Part shown: positions 47,761 to 55,004 of the stretch, piece by piece | How positions within the stretch are numbered: position 1 is the stretch's first letter | Layout of the letters: every line of letters begins with the position of its first letter | Virus record (IMG/VR): IMGVR_UViG_3300045988_102159 | Location: 64,001-128,000 of that record | DNA from: a virus | DNA: 64,000 nucleotides | Strand: one strand, 5' to 3' | Translations under genes and position numbers: made by a program | The notes under the pieces: model-generated | Database searches by the model: none | Seen by the model: only the letters and a program-made list of their open reading frames with translations | What the model was told of the DNA's origin: nothing

Positions 47761-47976
47761 ACGAATGGGGAGCCTAACGGCTCCCTTTTCTTTTGCCATG
47801 AGTAAAGGCGATTCTAGCGCTCTAGAGCGTGCGGCAAGCACTTTATTTAAAATAAGGACTTTGACCAAATGGCACCTTAAAACGCGTCTCATGGCTTCTA
47901 TGGCGATATTTTTTTATTTAGGTACCGCATTATCCGGCAAGAAGTTAGCTACAGTTAACACCGCTTAAATCGGCTC

Positions 47977-47990
47977 TCATGGCTTCGTTA
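47977..47990. repeat. Perfect 14-bp palindrome GTTAGGTACCTAAC (copy 1 of 2)
   Basis: Read directly. TTAGGTACC half-sites also occur near 46381, 47920 and 49566. Confidence 0.9.
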
Positions 47991-48041
47991 GGTACCTAAC
48001 TAATCAAGCAAAGTTTGCCATTGGTAACTTTGGATTTAAAA

Positions 48042-48057
48042 GTTTACCCAGGTAAAC
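48042..48057. repeat. Near-palindrome GTTTACCCAGGTAAAC
   Basis: Read directly. Followed by CTCC, as in the 49765 copy. Confidence 0.85.
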
Positions 48058-48067
48058 TCCATCAAAA

Positions 48068-48117
48068 CGCCATTTATGGCGCAAAAAATTTTACACCCGC
48101 CACCATAGTTTTGTCAA
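48068..48117 (-). promoter_or_regulatory. Leftward promoter-hairpin cassette e
   Basis: TTGACA (rc 48112-48117), 18 bp, TAAAAT (rc 48088-48093), hairpin CGCCA-TTTA-TGGCG (48068-48081). Confidence 0.55.
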
Positions 48118-48154
48118 GCACTTTTTTGTCTACATTTTTTCTACATATTTCCTA

Positions 48155-48243
48155 TTTGAAACGCTTCAATTATTGAAACGCTCTAAAAAGTTACCCTAGG
48201 GTAACGCTGATTGAAACGCTTCAAGTTTTAAAACGCTTTAAAT
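48155..48243. repeat. Four direct repeats T(T/A)(G/A)AAACGCT(T/C)(C/T)AA
   Basis: Copies lie near 48155, 48172, 48209 and 48227, flanking the 16-bp palindrome. Confidence 0.8.
48190..48205. repeat. Perfect 16-bp palindrome GTTACCCTAGGGTAAC
   Basis: Read directly from the sequence. Confidence 0.9.
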
Positions 48244-48284
48244 GCACTTGTTTAAACAACCGTAGCTCCGAGGTTGGGTTCAAA

Positions 48285-48314
48285 ATTTTACACCCACCTG
48301 ATTAGGTTTGTCAA
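48285..48314 (-). promoter_or_regulatory. Leftward promoter f
   Basis: TTGACA (rc 48309-48314), 18 bp, TAAAAT (rc 48285-48290), 10-A upstream tract. The hairpin is poorly conserved. Confidence 0.5.
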
Positions 48315-48627
48315 CAATTTTTTTTTTGTAATTTTTCGTTTTGACCACAAACTTTTCACAACCTGAAACTCAAATTTTTTTATGCAAGATTTGCCGCAAA
48401 TGGCCTGATTCTATTCATTTTGCTTTGTCTGGCTACAGTGCCGATATTTTGAGAATCTGAAAAAACTAGGCTATTTACCTGGGGTTTCCATATTTTGAAC
48501 ACAATTTTTAAAATAGTTCTTGCCAAAAAGTTTATGCAAGCGTATAGTAATAGTTGTCCAAAGGGGACAGAGAAAAAAGAGCCGAACGGCGGCTCGCTCG
48601 CGTCTCGGGGACAGATTGGGGTTAGCT

Positions 48628-49056
48628 ATGGCTACCACTCGCACCAAGTTCCAGTTCACCGACTACCAGATGTTCGCGGCTCTCGTGAACGTCGCAGGCG
48701 ATATCTCGCCCGAGGTCATTGCCAAGGCTTTGGGGGATAACTATGACCCCGAGAAGCACACGCCTGAGAGCCTTGCCCGCAAGGTCTCGCATAAGTTCCA
48801 TGTTCTCAAGGAGAACGCGACCAAGCCCAAGGCCCCGAGCAAGACGGCACAGCTGAATAAGGCGCTTGCCGAGCAGGTTGCTGCTGAGTTCGCGGACGGT
48901 GAGCCGTTCACGCTTAATGACGTGATGGCAAAGCACCCAGCCGATATCAAGACGTTTAGCAAGGCGGGTGTTGTGGTGAACGTACTCCTTGCCGAGAAGC
49001 GTGTCCGCAAGGCGGCACCTATCAACAACAAGACCGCCTATGTTATCGTAGCGTAG
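48628..49056 (+). CDS. GC-rich winged-helix-like protein (142 aa)
   Basis: Track ORF 48520 trimmed to ATG 48628. C-terminal pattern ...KAGVVVNVLLAEKRVRKA..NNKTAYVI resembles 50858-51187. Confidence 0.5.
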   Translation: MATTRTKFQFTDYQMFAALVNVAGDISPEVIAKALGDNYDPEKHTPESLARKVSHKFHVLKENATKPKAPSKTAQLNKALAEQVAAEFADGEPFTLNDVMAKHPADIKTFSKAGVVVNVLLAEKRVRKAAPINNKTAYVIVA

Positions 49057-49131
49057 CCGTCTATAGGGTGGGGGAGATAATCCCCCACCCACTACCCAAG
49101 CACCTATAAAACAGCATAAGGACGGTCACGT

Positions 49132-49398
49132 TTGGAATCCTACAGACGTAACGCGCTAATTGCAGCATTTGGCGAGCTACCCGACAAAGAGTTGCAATGC
49201 CTAGGGCGCGGGCTAGAAGCTCACCACGTAAACAGCATGGCAAGCGGAAACGTAGTTTTGCTACCTTGCGAGATTCATAAAGTGGTTCACACACTAACGC
49301 AATTGGGCGGTAACGCCTACGCGAGCGGTGAGATAGAGAACGCCGAAACGCTCACCAAATGCGCACAAATGCTATTAGCGCAATTTACAATAAAATAA
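49132..49398 (+). CDS. Small HNH-motif protein (88 aa, TTG start)
   Basis: EAHHVNS...GNVVLLPCEIHKVVH; AAGGA RBS; terminator. Confidence 0.45.
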   Translation: MESYRRNALIAAFGELPDKELQCLGRGLEAHHVNSMASGNVVLLPCEIHKVVHTLTQLGGNAYASGEIENAETLTKCAQMLLAQFTIK

Positions 49399-49413
49399 CA
49401 CAATTAAATAAAT

Positions 49414-49444
49414 AACCCCACCGGGTAGGTGGGGTTTTCTTTTG
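49414..49444 (+). terminator. Intrinsic terminator
   Basis: AACCCCACC/GGTGGGGTT followed by a T-rich tail. Confidence 0.7.
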
Positions 49445-49553
49445 CGTTTAATTCCTACTAAAAAGGTAGGAAAAAGATCGCCCTGCCCAGCACAAACGCG
49501 CGAAAAAGTCAAGACTTTTTGAAAAAATTCACAGAAATTCCATAGTTGGGTCG

Positions 49554-49583
49554 ATTTTACACGATTAGGTACCTTATTGTCAA
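49554..49583 (-). promoter_or_regulatory. Leftward promoter g
   Basis: TTGACA (rc 49578-49583), 18 bp, TAAAAT (rc 49554-49559). Remnant hairpin CCATAGTTGG lies to its left. Confidence 0.5.
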
Positions 49584-49764
49584 GATTTTTCAAGCAAAAA
49601 CACAACTTTTACACAAAAAACTGAGCGCCTGAAACGCGTTTAAACGACCTTGCGCCCGGTTCCCTTGCGTTCCTAGGCACTTTTGGCTATCGCCCGCTCT
49701 AGGGCTATCTCAGGGCCGCACACGCGAAAAAAATTAACTTCGGTACCGAGCGACCCGAGCAGGT

Positions 49765-49780
49765 GTTACCCTAGGTAAAC
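49765..49780. repeat. Near-palindrome GTTACCCTAGGTAAAC
   Basis: Read directly from the sequence. Confidence 0.85.
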
Positions 49781-49791
49781 TCCGAGTTATT

Positions 49792-49805
49792 GTTAGGTAC
49801 CTAAC
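49792..49805. repeat. GTTAGGTACCTAAC (copy 2)
   Basis: Read directly from the sequence. Confidence 0.9.
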
Positions 49806-49845
49806 TATTATTTGTGGAGATTCCGTGTTGGTTTTGTGAAGGTAC

Positions 49846-49874
49846 TTGACAAATCAATAATTGTATAGTATAAT
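49846..49874 (+). promoter_or_regulatory. Perfect consensus sigma-70 promoter, rightward
   Basis: TTGACA, 17 bp, TATAAT. Confidence 0.7.
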
Positions 49875-50374
49875 ATAATAGAGTAATACTATACAATAAT
49901 ACCATATTTGGGACTGCCGCCGCCGTTGCGCCCATATGGCGAAATTGTGTAGAAATGGGGACTATATGCCAAGAGCCTATAAAATCCTAAAACGAAAGTC
50001 AATCCTAAAATTAAATAAAAAAATCCCTCCACACCTATATAGTGAGAAGGGACAGAACTACCATATGTATATGCCAAGAGAACGTTCTAAAATGAATTTT
50101 AATCGTTTTTTGCGTACCCCTGTACGGCATAAGAAAAATAAGTCTATTTGTCTTGATTCCTGCGGCCAGTAGAAACTCAAAACTAATCGTAAAAGACTTT
50201 AGGCTCACACAAACCAAGAGACAGAAGAAAAAGAAGCGTGCGGCACATGCCTTTTGTAAGTGAAAATTAATGCGGAAATGTGACTAATTTAGTTACATTT
50301 AAAAAGTGTTTTTTTAATATATGTTTTTACTAAGGTATAAATTACACATTCCTGCCCAAAAATTTTGGCCGCAT

Positions 50375-50746
50375 TTACTTTGCCTTGGGCTTGCGCTTGC
50401 ACACCATAGATAGCTCATACGTCTTGGAATTGAGAATGAATCGGATTTTGCCATCATCGCCTACCTCGATGCCATGCGGCGCATCCTCCCAGTCACCGAT
50501 GGTCATGGTAAGTTCTCCCAGTGCGTCCGCAATGGAATTCATAATCAATCGCTTTTCAGACATTTTCTTCTCCTTCTTGTCTGTGTCAGGTCGATAGGCT
50601 GCGTCATATTCGATTCCATTTTCAATCAAAAAAAGGTTGGCAGCGCTTGCCTTGAGTATTGCCTGCTGTCTCTTGGACTCGATATACTCATCAGGAATAT
50701 CTATGGTATGCTCGTTACCCTTCATATCATAATAGGTGTGCCGCAT
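50375..50746 (-). CDS. Hypothetical early protein (123 aa)
   Basis: CCAAGAGA leader and AAGGAAG RBS. Confidence 0.6.
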   Translation of the reverse strand: MRHTYYDMKGNEHTIDIPDEYIESKRQQAILKASAANLFLIENGIEYDAAYRPDTDKKEKKMSEKRLIMNSIADALGELTMTIGDWEDAPHGIEVGDDGKIRFILNSKTYELSMVCKRKPKAK

Positions 50747-50857
50747 ATGCTTACTTCCTTTTGTCTCTTGGAATAGGCCGGGAGTCCCGTCAAATGGACT
50801 CCACGGCCCCTCTAATAAAAAACTCTAATAAGTAGACCCTACTTATTAAATATTTCG

Positions 50858-51187
50858 CTACAGAGCCTTGTAGGTGAAGGTCTTGCTGTTCACCGCAACC
50901 TTCTCGGCACGACCGTCCTCAACGAGGAAACGCATGTTGGCCGCAACCTTGCGGGAGCTGACATCCTCACCCATGTGCAGAGCCACAGCCTTAGAGGTCG
51001 CAGGCTCATCAAAGGACTTGAGAGCTGCGTAAATCTCGTCAAGGAAAGCCTGCTTCTCAGCGGTCTTCTCAGCGTCCTTGGCACGCTTGCGCTCAATCGC
51101 CGCCAGCTGCTTGTCGCAGAACTCTACGACCTCTGCGTTGTCGAACATAGCGGACTTGATGGTGTTATAAATCTCAAACTGGGTCAT
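50858..51187 (-). CDS. GC-rich winged-helix-like early protein (109 aa)
   Basis: Promoter cassette, CCAAGAGAAAGAAG leader and RBS. Confidence 0.6.
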   Translation of the reverse strand: MTQFEIYNTIKSAMFDNAEVVEFCDKQLAAIERKRAKDAEKTAEKQAFLDEIYAALKSFDEPATSKAVALHMGEDVSSRKVAANMRFLVEDGRAEKVAVNSKTFTYKAL

Positions 51188-51249
51188 GTTAATCTTCTTT
51201 CTCTTGGAACCCGTGGGAGGTTTCTTATCCCCTCCATTTCTTTAATTAT

Positions 51250-51278
51250 ATTATACTATAAGTTTTCACTGGCCGCAA
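51250..51278 (-). promoter_or_regulatory. Early promoter cassette 1
   Basis: AAAAAGTTCTTGCGG, 17 bp, TATAAT. Confidence 0.65.
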
Positions 51279-51290
51279 GAACTTTTTCAG

Positions 51291-51370
51291 AATGAATTTG
51301 GTTTTGAAAATGAAAACCGAAATGAAACTCAAAATGAAATTGAAAATGAAATTCAAAATTGAATTTCAAA
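51291..51370. repeat. 12-bp periodic AAATGAAA array (phased A-tracts)
   Basis: AATGAAA occurs at 51309, 51321, 51333 and 51345, plus degenerate flanks. Confidence 0.75.
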
Positions 51371-51590
51371 ACCATTTTTATAAACCAATAGCGCGTTGGA
51401 ATCGAAAATTAAAAGGGTTGGGCTAGATTTTTTTCTTGACATTTGTTTGCTGAACTGGTAAAATGCGCCACTTCAACAAACCACCTCATGTAATCATTTC
51501 CTACCTTATATGGGCTTTCTTCACAGCTTTTGGACTCTATTCAAGACCAATCTTTCATCATTTTTCACGCAGTGAAAAACTAGCGAAGCA

Positions 51591-52442
51591 TCATTTTATA
51601 TCATCGCAGAAATTACCAAGCTCTAATTTCTTATTGGAAAGTGCAAGTATAGCATTCACCTTATCTTTATCCTTGTCACGGTCTGCGAACCTTGCGACAA
51701 ACTTCAACCAAGCATCTCCCCTCTCTTCATCCATTAACAGATAATGCTCTCTAACCTCTTGCAAAGTCATATATCCTAAATCTGTATAGACTTTCATTTC
51801 TCTCAGCGTATTCTCAATAGATTCCTTCTGCGCACGAGCATAATCATTTACCCTATATAGTTCAGTATAAAGACCTTTCTTTCCTTTGCGATACACAGCC
51901 TTCTCCGCATACTCAATAAGACCAACATCTCTAAGTACGATAAGGAATTCATCTACTCGGCGAATATTCCTCGCATCCTTATAATATCCAAGAGCCTTCA
52001 AAATCTCTGTACGAGAAAAGAAATAATTCTCACCGCCCTCGAAGAACGCTTTATGAAGCTGATACCACCTTTTAAGATAACAATATGTCTTGAAGCAATC
52101 CGCACTCAACGCACTAAGACAAAACCTAACTGTATCCACTGGAATCGTAACATACTGCCCTTCCACTGGCTGCACTATAACATTCATGCCATTCATCTTA
52201 ATAACTTCTAAAGATTCAAAGCAGCTCATGACTTTTCTAATCTGATAGTTGGTCAATCCTACACTTTTTAATCTGGCTCGACTATCCTGCATCGACAAAA
52301 TTCTTGTATTGTCTTTCTCTAACTTAGTATCTAACATGAGACTACCCATCGCATTGTAGTTACAATTTTTATTTTCCAACTTCTCAGGGTCTACGCTAAA
52401 ACTTAGCTTAGGCGCTTTATGATTTTCTTCTTTATCTGTCAT
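51591..52442 (-). CDS. Putative replication initiator / origin-binding protein (283 aa)
   Basis: AAGGAGA RBS and HTH-like segments. Its upstream region carries iterons. Function inferred from context. Confidence 0.4.
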   Translation of the reverse strand: MTDKEENHKAPKLSFSVDPEKLENKNCNYNAMGSLMLDTKLEKDNTRILSMQDSRARLKSVGLTNYQIRKVMSCFESLEVIKMNGMNVIVQPVEGQYVTIPVDTVRFCLSALSADCFKTYCYLKRWYQLHKAFFEGGENYFFSRTEILKALGYYKDARNIRRVDEFLIVLRDVGLIEYAEKAVYRKGKKGLYTELYRVNDYARAQKESIENTLREMKVYTDLGYMTLQEVREHYLLMDEERGDAWLKFVARFADRDKDKDKVNAILALSNKKLELGNFCDDIK

Positions 52443-52514
52443 ATTTTCTCCTTCCTTGCACGCACGTGCATGACATGTTATTTATTATATTAATTTATTA
52501 TATAATTTATTAGG

Positions 52515-52719
52515 GGTGTGCATTTTTTAACAGTTTTGAAGGGACTGGTGTGCATTTTTTAACAATTTTACCTTAACTGGTGTGCATTTTTTAACTTTCT
52601 AGCCACTCCTTTCACTTCGTTAAAAATTTAAGATTAAAAAATACCCACCAAAATACCTGCGAAAACTATAACTGGTGTGCATTTTTTAACCGTTTTGACA
52701 CTGGTGTGTATTTTTTAAT
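52515..52719. repeat. Five iterons (A)CTGGTGTGCATTTTTTAAC
   Basis: Copies at 52515, 52545, 52577, 52672 and 52701. Spacing is 32, 32, 95 and 29 bp. Confidence 0.85.
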
Positions 52720-52759
52720 CGCTCCGAAAGTGAAAAAATACCCACCAAAATACCTGCGG
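52636..52759. repeat. 26-bp perfect direct repeat AAAAAATACCCACCAAAATACCTGCG x2
   Basis: Copies at 52636-52661 and 52734-52759, interleaved with the iterons. Confidence 0.85.
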
Positions 52760-52920
52760 TTTTGTCATTTACAAAACCGTCTTGTCCGTTAAAGAAAATT
52801 TACCGCGCTCTTGCGCAATTAGTCAGTTAACACGCAGAAACGCATAAACATATTTCACACGGACATCAAGATACTCTACCACATCTATATTATAACATAC
52901 TTCGTCTATTTTGTCAAATA

Positions 52921-52955
52921 AAAGAAAGACCCACGGCCATAGGCCGCAGGTCTTT
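52921..52955 (-). terminator. Intrinsic terminator
   Basis: AAAGACCCACGGCC-ata-GGCCGCAGGTCTTT. Confidence 0.6.
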
Positions 52956-52962
52956 ACATGCA

Positions 52963-53229
52963 CTATTTAGTTTTTGCAACTACAAAATATCCATCAGACA
53001 AAGTGCGTTCTATTTCATCATTAACAGTTATTCCGTCTTCTTTCAGCATTAACATTACAGGCATGAAAGCTCTACTGCCAAAAGGAAACCAAGAATCACA
53101 TTCTGGAGTAATATTTTGTCGAATTTCTTCTAATGAAAAAAGTCTCATATCTCTATAAGATTGCATTCGACCTTCCAAAGACTCTTCTATATAATCAACA
53201 ACTTTCTGTTGCCATTCTAATTTATTCAT
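52963..53229 (-). CDS. Hypothetical early protein (88 aa)
   Basis: Trimmed to ATG 53229 with AGGTGA RBS. Confidence 0.55.
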   Translation of the reverse strand: MNKLEWQQKVVDYIEESLEGRMQSYRDMRLFSLEEIRQNITPECDSWFPFGSRAFMPVMLMLKEDGITVNDEIERTLSDGYFVVAKTK

Positions 53230-53233
53230 ATTA

Positions 53234-53572
53234 TCACCTACCAGGCACTCCATCAACTCCGTCAATACCCTCAAGGATAGTCTTACCGTCTTCTTCAACT
53301 ATCATACAACCAAAAGCAAAGTCGGTATTATAATTGTCGGTCACACCCCAGCAACTATAGCACTCACCATCTTCGTCTGGGCCAATAGCCAAAGCATCAT
53401 CAATCAAGTCATACATAGTAGGCAACTCAGTATCATTACACGTATCCTTATTGGCCGCAAGAATCCCAACTTGCTTTGCGGCACACTGATAGATATAATA
53501 GTGAGCAGATAACACGAAGTCCAAAGTCCAATAGACATTCTTCTTCTTATACTCTTCGTTGCTCAACAACAT
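53234..53572 (-). CDS. Hypothetical early protein (112 aa)
   Basis: AAGGAG RBS. Confidence 0.6.
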   Translation of the reverse strand: MLLSNEEYKKKNVYWTLDFVLSAHYYIYQCAAKQVGILAANKDTCNDTELPTMYDLIDDALAIGPDEDGECYSCWGVTDNYNTDFAFGCMIVEEDGKTILEGIDGVDGVPGR

Positions 53573-53598
53573 ATATACTCCTTAATTTTAATTATACG

Positions 53599-53952
53599 CT
53601 ATTCTTTTTGGATAAGTAAATAATCAAGACACCAATCATCTACTGGGCCGCATTCATGCACAATTACAGAGTAACGATATTCAAATTCACTAAGGGCATG
53701 TCTAAAATCTCTATAACCGAAAGCAGCAGAGCATTTACTGGAAATATAGTTCAGATACTCAACAGGCACAATGCAAACGTCTTTGCCATAAGTTGCATAA
53801 ATACTGGCAAGATACTCAATAAAACATTCTTTAATTGCATTTATGTCATTGCCAGCAGCTTCAAGCAGGTTCTTATAAGTAACATTAATAAGGTCGATTT
53901 CAGTTGACCAAGGAATATTAAATTTCTTATGACGTCCATCACTCAACAGCAT
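53599..53952 (-). CDS. Hypothetical early protein (117 aa)
   Basis: Trimmed to ATG 53952 with AGGAG RBS. Confidence 0.55.
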   Translation of the reverse strand: MLLSDGRHKKFNIPWSTEIDLINVTYKNLLEAAGNDINAIKECFIEYLASIYATYGKDVCIVPVEYLNYISSKCSAAFGYRDFRHALSEFEYRYSVIVHECGPVDDWCLDYLLIQKE

Positions 53953-53960
53953 ATGCGCTC

Positions 53961-54287
53961 CTAATCCCAATCATTAACAGTCCAATAGACGCTCAAATGA
54001 CCACCAGCGGTGTCATACTTGTCAGCATCATGCCAGTAGTAATCCTCGACAGAAAGACCAAGATTCTCAAGGGTATCCTTGGCATCAAGCATTTCCTTCT
54101 CAGTGCCATTGCAAATAACCCAATAAGCGCAACCAGCATAATAGTCCTTGCGCTCTTCGATAAGCATCTCAGCAGCAATATTCACCAAAGGAGTAACATC
54201 CTTCCAAGACTTGCGGCCATTGACAACCTCATATGCCGCATCCAGAAGACCGTCAACCTGTGCAAGAATCGTCTCAACCTTGGTCAT
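53961..54287 (-). CDS. Hypothetical early protein (108 aa)
   Basis: Promoter cassette, CCAAGAGAAGGAG leader. Confidence 0.6.
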   Translation of the reverse strand: MTKVETILAQVDGLLDAAYEVVNGRKSWKDVTPLVNIAAEMLIEERKDYYAGCAYWVICNGTEKEMLDAKDTLENLGLSVEDYYWHDADKYDTAGGHLSVYWTVNDWD

Positions 54288-54343
54288 ATACTTTCTCCTT
54301 CTCTTGGAGGACTTTATCTTGTCCTCTCCCTTTCTCTATATAT

Positions 54344-54372
54344 ATTATATAATATTATAGAGCAGACTGCAA
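54344..54372 (-). promoter_or_regulatory. Early promoter cassette 2
   Basis: AAAAAGTTCTTGCAG, 17 bp, TATAAT. Confidence 0.65.
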
Positions 54373-54379
54373 GAACTTT

Positions 54380-54670
54380 TTATAGGTCAATTTTATCAAG
54401 ACAAAGATAAACACAATGCTTACCATCAGATGCCGCATAGAACATACAATCCCAAGATGCCTTATAACCAAAAGACACAAGAATATGGTTCAAAGCGGCG
54501 ATTGAATAAATCACATCTTGCACGCCATTAAGAGGGACATGAATATAGTCGAGGCTCTCTTTGTTCTCGTACATGCGTCCAATGGTTTTAGCAATATCAG
54601 CGAGAATATCCAAATCATCAATGCTATCAAGAAGGTAGCCAAGCGGCATATTATCATACTTGTTAGTCAT
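54380..54670 (-). CDS. Hypothetical early protein (96 aa)
   Basis: Promoter cassette and GGAAAGGA RBS. Confidence 0.6.
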   Translation of the reverse strand: MTNKYDNMPLGYLLDSIDDLDILADIAKTIGRMYENKESLDYIHVPLNGVQDVIYSIAALNHILVSFGYKASWDCMFYAASDGKHCVYLCLDKIDL

Positions 54671-54702
54671 TTAAAATCCTTTCCTTGCCTTTCTTTAATA
54701 AT

Positions 54703-54731
54703 ATTATATAATATTATTAGACAGACTGCAA
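54703..54731 (-). promoter_or_regulatory. Early promoter cassette 3
   Basis: TTTTTCTTGCAG, 17 bp, TATAAT. Confidence 0.65.
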
Positions 54732-54756
54732 GAAAAATCTTACGCGGCCAATGGCA

Positions 54757-54915
54757 TTATTTTTCTTTCTCTTGGATTATCTCACGCACAAGAAGCACAG
54801 TCTCCTTGGCCGCATACAGAATCATACAAATACCTGCGATAAAGCCAATGACGCACAGAACAGTAAAAATAAGCAGGCTCATAGGAGAACTACCAATCAA
54901 TGTCGCCAGCGTCAT
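54757..54915 (-). CDS. Small membrane protein (52 aa; alternatively 74 aa from TTG 54981)
   Basis: One strong TM segment. Start ambiguous. Confidence 0.45.
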   Translation of the reverse strand: MTLATLIGSSPMSLLIFTVLCVIGFIAGICMILYAAKETVLLVREIIQEKEK

Positions 54916-55004
54916 TATCGTATCCCCAGCAGGAGAATATAAAAGATAGGACAGCGCATACTCCAACGATTGTAAAAACAAAACAGATAACCCCTAACAC
55001 TTCA

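Noticed and set aside
41956-48081. Reading the cassette hairpins simply as intrinsic terminators of leftward genes
   Set aside because: The hairpins lie ~5 nt after a -10 box rather than after an ORF. The stems are only 5 bp with 4 U, and no leftward gene ends there. The terminator reading is kept only as a minor alternative (very early attenuation).
39650-49100. GC-rich stretch as host chromosome flanking a prophage end
   Set aside because: No integrase, att-like tRNA or host housekeeping gene is present. The same promoter cassette (42760), terminator style and GCCGCA enrichment continue through it, and phage-type genes (HNH, DnaQ-like exonuclease) are interspersed.
48622-49294. Minus-strand ORFs of 77-156 aa opposite 48628-49056 and 49132-49398
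   Set aside because: These are typical long shadow ORFs of GC-rich DNA. They are Arg/Leu/Gly-rich and lack an RBS, whereas the plus-strand genes have an RBS and terminators.
52515-52719. Possible CRISPR array (19-nt repeats at ~32-bp period)
   Set aside because: Only five copies with 10-13-nt or irregular spacers. The repeats are AT-rich with no dyad, there are no cas genes, and the position in the promoter of an initiator-like gene fits iterons.
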